Below, one piece after another: positions 57,886-64,000 of a DNA stretch of 64,000 nt (positions are counted from its first letter, which is position 1; every line of letters starts with the position of its first letter). The DNA is from a virus: IMG/VR virus record IMGVR_UViG_3300033048_000096; one strand, given 5' to 3'. The notes under the pieces were generated by a model, which worked only from the letters and a program-made list of their open reading frames with translations, had not been told where the DNA came from and ran no database searches. Both the position numbers and the translations under genes were made by a program.

Positions 57886-58923
57886 TTAAAATACCTCATT
57901 CAATTGTTTTATCAACTTGTTGTTTCCGAACTTAATTGAATGCTCAATCTTTTTTACCTTCAAATGCATTAACTTCGCTATCCACTCGGATTCATTATAA
58001 ATATCACTGCACACAAACTCGGATGGGTATTGCTCATACCAACCGCAATTCTTAGAAACCAATATATTTGAACCAGACATTATTGCCTCTTTTATTACGT
58101 TAGGAGACGCGTCGTAATATGACGTACATATAACAACCTTGCTATTCTGAATTATCTTAATAACTTCATTCTGGGGAATTAATGACTTTATCGTTATATT
58201 TCTTAATCCCGAAAATGAATTTGAATTTCCACCAATAACAATCTTTCTTGAGTTATAAAAAGATTTATTTCTTAATATCTTTTTAGCTAGAGCAGAATTC
58301 TTAACAGACCGATTAAAATTAGAACATATAAACGCAACATCATACTTCCTGTCTTTAAATGGGATTACATTTTTAATCCTCCTATTAAACGCCAAAGAAG
58401 TATCTATAGGTTTATGAATCTTTCCTAAACTTCCGTAATTCTTTATTAACATGCTTCTTGCTTGGGGACTATTTGGTATAACTAAGTCGGATGCCTTTAT
58501 ACAATTATACTCAGCCTGATGAATTATTCCTCGCCTAGATGACAAATGCCTTATTGATGATATCTTATTTTTTGACAACTCTGTCATCTGAGGAGAACCC
58601 GTAACCAGATAAATTATCTTTACATTAGGAAAAATGGACTTTGAATGTATCGGGGCTGCGTAATTTTTACCCATTATAACATCCGGACGGCCTCCTAAAT
58701 GCCTCATCACTACCTTTCTGATTATATTTGGATTGCCTTCTGACGGATCAAATCGCCAAATGCCGCCAATCTTGTCAGGATCGACATTCACCCTCTGACT
58801 CTCGAAGAAAATTCCAGCAACATCATGACCATGATTCCTTAAGTACTTGATTAGGGCAAGTGCATTGGTCGCCGCACCACCGTAGTATGGCCACTGCGTA
58901 CTGGTTATTATTATTTTACTCAC
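57886..58923 (-). CDS. Glycosyltransferase, GT4/GT-B
   Basis: YYGGAAT, SYYDASPNVIKEAIMSG. Confidence 0.8.
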   Translation of the reverse strand: MSKIIITSTQWPYYGGAATNALALIKYLRNHGHDVAGIFFESQRVNVDPDKIGGIWRFDPSEGNPNIIRKVVMRHLGGRPDVIMGKNYAAPIHSKSIFPNVKIIYLVTGSPQMTELSKNKISSIRHLSSRRGIIHQAEYNCIKASDLVIPNSPQARSMLIKNYGSLGKIHKPIDTSLAFNRRIKNVIPFKDRKYDVAFICSNFNRSVKNSALAKKILRNKSFYNSRKIVIGGNSNSFSGLRNITIKSLIPQNEVIKIIQNSKVVICTSYYDASPNVIKEAIMSGSNILVSKNCGWYEQYPSEFVCSDIYNESEWIAKLMHLKVKKIEHSIKFGNNKLIKQLNEVF

Positions 58924-58940
58924 TCTAATACTCCATTATA

Positions 58941-59822
58941 TCAAACATTAAGTAGGCCCAAAAATGGAACGAAAGCTTTGGCTCTTTTGTTCCATGACCA
59001 ACTCTTAACAATCCGTCCCCTCAAATATTTACCATCAGAGTCAATTTTTATAGGATTTTTTGAGTTATAAATTATCGCATCTCTAAGCTGAGCTTTATTG
59101 CTAACTATATGTATATCCCTATTACCACCAACTAACTCAGGGACATTACCTACCTTGGTTGATATTATAGATCTTCCGCATGATGCAGCCTCCAGTATTG
59201 GGTTTGGTGTTCCCTCCGAAGAGCTGAAGCAAATTACCGTCCCTACCGAGTTGTAAAAACTAACCATCTGCTTTCGGCTAAGACCAGAGCCCGCCTTTGC
59301 TGTTTTTAGAATATACTTCGGACCTAACTTCTTAAAGGTTGAACTAATAACATTAAATCTCTTAACATCTCTGCTATGATTCCCGACCCACCCAAATACA
59401 TTCTTGTGCCTACCGGGGGAGTTTTTACTAACAAATAGATCACTATTAACTCCAAATGATGTATTAAAAACCTTGCCCTTGTAGATCGGCCTAAACTCAT
59501 TATATAATATCTCACTGGAGGTACTTATTGCGTCATACTTATTCAGTAGGCTTGACATTGTTTTTGCGTTTCCCCTACCTATATGACTTGATATAGTTGT
59601 CACCAGTCTATACTTTCGGTTCGAGCTTATAGAACCCTTAATGTATCCGTGAATTGGCCAGTTTAATGAGTAAACTATGTCAAAGTTATTAAAGTTAATG
59701 CTAGGGGTATCATTAAAATGTTTTATAATTACCTCATGAGACTTTAATTGTTTTTTTAAATTTTTTGCACGATTGAATAACGCCCAACTGTAACTATCAA
59801 CTATGCATAATATTTTTGACAC
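58941..59822 (-). CDS. Glycosyltransferase, GT4/GT-B
   Basis: SSEGTPNPILEAASCG, TKVG. Confidence 0.88.
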   Translation of the reverse strand: MSKILCIVDSYSWALFNRAKNLKKQLKSHEVIIKHFNDTPSINFNNFDIVYSLNWPIHGYIKGSISSNRKYRLVTTISSHIGRGNAKTMSSLLNKYDAISTSSEILYNEFRPIYKGKVFNTSFGVNSDLFVSKNSPGRHKNVFGWVGNHSRDVKRFNVISSTFKKLGPKYILKTAKAGSGLSRKQMVSFYNSVGTVICFSSSEGTPNPILEAASCGRSIISTKVGNVPELVGGNRDIHIVSNKAQLRDAIIYNSKNPIKIDSDGKYLRGRIVKSWSWNKRAKAFVPFLGLLNV

Positions 59823-60745
59823 TATAAGCTACCCAATACATGTTCCCACCGACTAAGATAATCATCTATATGAAAATGCTTGATTGCAGCCTCTCTAGCT
59901 GCTTTTCCGAAATCCTCTGCTCTTTTCGGCTCCTTAAGTAACCTTCGCATAATTCTAATTAACTCTCCGGAGTCATTACTTAAAAATCCACTTTTGCCAT
60001 TAACTATGTATCTTCCTATATCAAAATTATTTGTAGACACTATTGGGCATCCGCACATCATAGCTTCAGCCCTTGTTCTTGGCATCGCAGAAGATTGAGT
60101 TGTATTAAAATATAAACTATACTTGTTGTAACTGGCTATCAAATCATCTAAGCTTTTAGCCTGCCTGTCGGTCCTGTACATATCTAGGTTTCCATGACCA
60201 ATGACATCAAGATTCTTCATCTTTCTCCTGACAGAAAGCCATAAGGGGTATCCCATTATCTTTGCCCGGCCCTTAAAGACATTAGCTACGGTTAGGACCC
60301 GGCCATTCTTCTCTAACCCTGTTGGTCTGAATTCATTCGGGTCATATCCATGAACGATGTACTTATGAGATTTGCCAGGGTACATATCTTTGCATGCATT
60401 CATTACGTCAACCGAATTCCATATAACATGTTTACATTCTTTCGGCAATCTAAATCCATTAGTAGTTTGCATTATAGCTATAGGAACTGCACCATTTTTT
60501 ATAAAACTAATATATCTTCTTGAATCAATCGGAGACCTTATTATCACCACATCAAATTTGATTTTGTTAGCTATCATATCAGTTGTTAGTGTAATATTAT
60601 CATGAAGAGGTCTGTGTAGAGCGTTCCATTTTGACTTACTCTTTCTAATGCCAGAGATATGAAAGTCGTGATCTAACTTGGAAAACTCATACTGCATTCC
60701 TTGGTGTACATACCAGTCCATTATTTTTAAACGCTTTTTACTCAT
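59822..60745 (-). CDS. Glycosyltransferase, GT4/GT-B
   Basis: SAMPRTRAEAMMCGCPIV. Confidence 0.82.
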   Translation of the reverse strand: MSKKRLKIMDWYVHQGMQYEFSKLDHDFHISGIRKSKSKWNALHRPLHDNITLTTDMIANKIKFDVVIIRSPIDSRRYISFIKNGAVPIAIMQTTNGFRLPKECKHVIWNSVDVMNACKDMYPGKSHKYIVHGYDPNEFRPTGLEKNGRVLTVANVFKGRAKIMGYPLWLSVRRKMKNLDVIGHGNLDMYRTDRQAKSLDDLIASYNKYSLYFNTTQSSAMPRTRAEAMMCGCPIVSTNNFDIGRYIVNGKSGFLSNDSGELIRIMRRLLKEPKRAEDFGKAAREAAIKHFHIDDYLSRWEHVLGSL

Positions 60746-61843
60746 CTATCTGCCTCTTGAAAGTTCTTTTGTTATAATCTTTGATATCTCTTGAACGCTC
60801 ATTGATTCTGCGATTACTTTTGCTCTCTCGCCCTTCGCAGAGTATGACTTGTGATTAGCATACACATCTACGAATAATTTAATCAAGTGCCCAGAACTTG
60901 GATGCGCCCAATTTTGATAACTACCATATAACGAAGACCACTCCATTCCAGATACCGGACCCATCGTATGCTTTATTATATTCGCGGATGTATTATCTAA
61001 ATATTCTGTCACTCCGCCATACTTAGTTACTATAATTTGCTTGCCCATTCTCATAGCATCATGAATAGGCATCCCCCAACCTTCTCCATGATGAGAGCTT
61101 ACGTAACAATCCCCAGTGTTATGTAGAGCCTTAATCTGTCTTGATGGTATCACATCCTTAGCTAAAAATACTGGAGGGTAATACCTTAAGTTTAACTTTC
61201 TTTTTAAATCTAAAATATCTAACTTTATTAAATCCTTCGTGTATCCCGTTATGTTTAATGAATTTACCTTCAATATTAATATCACATTATCGCTCTCACT
61301 AAATGCCTTATAATAAGAGCTTAGTAAAGTTCGCCACCCTTTTCTGTTCTGCCATTGAAAAATTGAGTAAAACTTATAAACATTATCGCCAACAACGTAT
61401 TCGTCTGAAAAATCTGAAGGTACATCTATAAAATCTTCGGTCTCCCAATCGTTGCATGGAGTTGGAACTATTTTTATGGGACCTTTGAACCTGGCTCTAA
61501 CGCAGGCATCTTTGACGAGATTGCACGGCACCCAAAGCTCATTTACTTTATGCAAACTTCTGCTCCAATTTTTAGGCAGCCTGTCAGCTTCCCAATAGAA
61601 ATAACCAATCTTATACGCATTGCTCTTGTGGCGATTATAAGGGGGGCAATGAATGTAAAAATCAATATTCGTGCGCCCTTTGTAATTATTAAGCTGATTT
61701 AAGAATGAAAACTTATCAGCCTTATTAGAAAAGTTAAATTTCGTATTAACTGATGACAAAGAAAATGCCTTCGCGAAATTAGTTACGGCATTACCATATC
61801 CAGTATGATTACTTAGCGGACCAAAAAATCTGACTGCGGACAT
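60746..61843 (-). CDS. Glycosyltransferase, GT4/GT-B
   Basis: TGYG, RKG, HGEGWGMPIHDAM; AGGAG RBS. Confidence 0.88.
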   Translation of the reverse strand: MSAVRFFGPLSNHTGYGNAVTNFAKAFSLSSVNTKFNFSNKADKFSFLNQLNNYKGRTNIDFYIHCPPYNRHKSNAYKIGYFYWEADRLPKNWSRSLHKVNELWVPCNLVKDACVRARFKGPIKIVPTPCNDWETEDFIDVPSDFSDEYVVGDNVYKFYSIFQWQNRKGWRTLLSSYYKAFSESDNVILILKVNSLNITGYTKDLIKLDILDLKRKLNLRYYPPVFLAKDVIPSRQIKALHNTGDCYVSSHHGEGWGMPIHDAMRMGKQIIVTKYGGVTEYLDNTSANIIKHTMGPVSGMEWSSLYGSYQNWAHPSSGHLIKLFVDVYANHKSYSAKGERAKVIAESMSVQEISKIITKELSRGR

Positions 61844-61853
61844 CATCCAACTC

Positions 61854-63422
61854 CTATATATATTCTCCGCGTAACAAAAATGATTTCTCGTTACTACTCT
61901 TCTTATAAAAACCATCTATTGATAAAAGACTATTCATAAATTCCAAATGAACTCTATCTATGTCGTGATTTTTCTCGACATATCTTCTGGCACTTTCTAT
62001 AACTTCTAGATTACTTATATTATCCTCTATTATCAATCTATCCAAACAAGGATCTTCTGTAATCCTAAACCCCGTAATTCCATCCTCAAGCATATCAGGT
62101 ATAGCCCCTACCATATTTGAAAAAACAGGAACCCCAGATGCCATTGACTCAATTATCGAAATAGGAGTTCCCTCTATCTTTGACGCTAATACGAAACCAT
62201 CAAAGATATTATATATACCAGATACATCTTTTTTATATCCAAGCATTTTCACGTTCGTTAACTTTAGTCTATTTATCTCTTTTGATATAGAAATCTTCTC
62301 GGGACCATCACCAACTATCACAAACTCATAATCTGGCATCTCAAATGCTAAAGATATAATATAGCCTATCCGCTTTTCTTTAGATAATCTAGCAACCACT
62401 CCTATTACGGGCTTATACAAATCTATACCTAATGATTCTTTTAATTTGTCATTGTTCCTACTACTAAACTTATCCAAATTAATGCCGACAGGAATCACAT
62501 CCCTATTAGACTCTTTGACTCCAGAAATATCTTTAGATAAACTTCTAGATACAGTAATTATCTTATCAACGAATCTCCTCTCCTTTACGGAAGATAAAGA
62601 ACCCACCCAAATGAAATCGCTATGATAAATCTCAACCAGCTTGCCAGAAATTTCATCGTTAACCTTCATCCTTAATAGTAATGAATATATATCTAAACGA
62701 TTATAATAAACTATATAATCATACTCACTTGATTTTATTATTCCCCTGAGCTGAGACGTGGATTTCACATCCCTATGGAAAACTTCTTTATTTGTTATGT
62801 TGTTTTTAAGATTATTCCGCTTCATATATAATATAGATATATCTTGGTTTGTTAACTTATTTATTATGTTCTGTATGTATATCTCCGCTCCACCATATAT
62901 ATGATAAGGAACTATGAATGCAATTTTTTTGTTACCAGAAATAATCTCCGTATCGATACTCTGAGATTTACTAACTGGCTTCGCCCTTCCGGTCTTTACC
63001 TTTAGGCTAACTCTTCTTCTACTTTTCGATGGCAATTCTTTGACAACAGAATCGCTTAATAAATCAATATAAACTCTGCCCATCTCCACACTTCCGTAGA
63101 CATTTCTGTCTCTATAGAATTTAATCTTCCCTTGTCCGAAATTTCGATTAACCTCAAAACTTAAGCTATATTCCGACCACGTGCTGTTATTGAAATTAAG
63201 CTCTTCCTTTAAGAATATTTCATTTTGATCGCTAGATATTTCAATGTTTATTTTGCCGCTACCAGTTCTTTTCTTCCCAACAATCTTTATTGTATACTTG
63301 CCAGAACGTATATTGATCGCGTGGTCAAATTTTGCAGACTTTAATATGATAATTGAACTAGGCTTAATATCTATGCCCTTACCGCTCCATTTGTTATTCT
63401 TTAAAGAATCGAATATCCTCAT
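61854..63422 (-). CDS. Glycosyltransferase, GT4/GT-B, with N-terminal beta domain
   Basis: YGGAE, RLSKEK, EGTPISIIESMASG. Confidence 0.88.
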   Translation of the reverse strand: MRIFDSLKNNKWSGKGIDIKPSSIIILKSAKFDHAINIRSGKYTIKIVGKKRTGSGKINIEISSDQNEIFLKEELNFNNSTWSEYSLSFEVNRNFGQGKIKFYRDRNVYGSVEMGRVYIDLLSDSVVKELPSKSRRRVSLKVKTGRAKPVSKSQSIDTEIISGNKKIAFIVPYHIYGGAEIYIQNIINKLTNQDISILYMKRNNLKNNITNKEVFHRDVKSTSQLRGIIKSSEYDYIVYYNRLDIYSLLLRMKVNDEISGKLVEIYHSDFIWVGSLSSVKERRFVDKIITVSRSLSKDISGVKESNRDVIPVGINLDKFSSRNNDKLKESLGIDLYKPVIGVVARLSKEKRIGYIISLAFEMPDYEFVIVGDGPEKISISKEINRLKLTNVKMLGYKKDVSGIYNIFDGFVLASKIEGTPISIIESMASGVPVFSNMVGAIPDMLEDGITGFRITEDPCLDRLIIEDNISNLEVIESARRYVEKNHDIDRVHLEFMNSLLSIDGFYKKSSNEKSFLLRGEYI

Positions 63423-64000
63423 CTCAATTCCAGTATTTTCTTTGCCGCATTTTCCCAAGTAAATTCATTTATTATTCTTAGCGTCTCTTCAGAGAACTCA
63501 TCCTGAAGCTTTTCCTTACTAGAGAAAGCTTTCAGCATTAATTCTGACAAGGAATCTATGATCGGCAAATTTGTTTTCGCACCTTTCGTGGGTATCCAAT
63601 ATTGATATTTATCACCAGCATCTATCTCCCTCACGTCAGCCAGTAATGAATTCTTGTCATTTAAAAAATCTAACTGACCAGTGCATCTGGGAGCTATGAC
63701 TAGTAAATTATCCGCAGCCAAGCCTTCCAGAAGAGGCATTCCAAATCCCTCGGAGGATGACGCACTAACCAAAGCGTCGCATGAATTATATAATGGTATC
63801 ATGCTATCTAATCTATCCTGAACTATCTCTACACGTGGTAAACCGCCCACCTTCCTGTAATGCTTTTTTTGCATAGCTATTATTTGAGTCTTTACGTCAA
63901 CCTCAAATCTATATAGTTTTCTCCCAGGTGTATCAAGCTTCGTTTTTAATACTAAACATACGTCATCCTGCCCGGAAAATGCTCGGTAATATGCGTCAAG
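63419..64000 (-). CDS. Glycosyltransferase, GT4/GT-B (partial; 5' end beyond the window)
   Basis: Frame open to 64000 (LDAYYRAFSGQDDVCLVLK...); SEGFGMPLLEGL. Confidence 0.85.
   Translation of the reverse strand, partial: LDAYYRAFSGQDDVCLVLKTKLDTPGRKLYRFEVDVKTQIIAMQKKHYRKVGGLPRVEIVQDRLDSMIPLYNSCDALVSASSSEGFGMPLLEGLAADNLLVIAPRCTGQLDFLNDKNSLLADVREIDAGDKYQYWIPTKGAKTNLPIIDSLSELMLKAFSSKEKLQDEFSEETLRIINEFTWENAAKKILELR

Noticed and set aside
1405-63462. The many short + strand ORFs in the track (e.g. 1405..1626, 10177..10479, 31242..31676, 46160..46702, 51490..51831)
   Set aside because: They are antisense shadows of well-supported minus-strand genes, with no motifs or convincing RBS.
1-64000. Stop-codon reassignment as seen in some large phages
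   Set aside because: Conserved genes are full length under code 11, and TAA, TAG and TGA all end genes at expected positions.
1-64000. tRNA, rRNA, integrase or IS elements
   Set aside because: None recognised by eye, and intergenic gaps are mostly too short; tRNAscan-SE was not run.
1-64000. Cellular chromosome, eukaryotic giant virus or Borg-type element
   Set aside because: SD-led coupled operons, fibre genes, homing endonucleases and phage-type replication genes, with no ribosomal or core metabolic operons, favour a bacteriophage. The repeat is imperfect and single. No capsid or terminase gene is in the window, so the assignment remains an inference.

Overview
AT-rich, gene-dense segment that reads as part of a very large (jumbo/huge) dsDNA bacteriophage genome. 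It has GGAG-type Shine-Dalgarno sites, intrinsic terminators, sigma70-like promoters and standard code 11, with almost all genes on the minus strand. From left to right: a degenerate 9-bp tandem repeat and AT-rich non-coding stretch; a cluster of unrelated proteins (acidic protein, kinase, Fe/Mn SOD, a 55-aa peptide) sharing one ~24-aa helical leader motif, also seen at 12.7-12.9 kb; nucleotide and redox enzymes and type IA topoisomerase; virion fibre/decoration genes; PIN-PhoH; a class II ribonucleotide reductase split by a 1023-nt group I intron carrying a nuclease ORF; a stand-alone diadenylate cyclase beside a PrkA(YeaG)-YeaH-SpoVR module; DnaB, DnaC-like loader and SF2 helicase; a tubulin/FtsZ-family protein; and a ~21-kb glycosylation/sulfation island running off the right edge. 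The best candidate for an undescribed system is the portable leader motif, often followed by a K-x-A site, which may be a virion-packaging or processing tag. All functional calls come from reading motifs by eye; no database search was run. Several starts were moved from the ORF track to RBS-supported codons.
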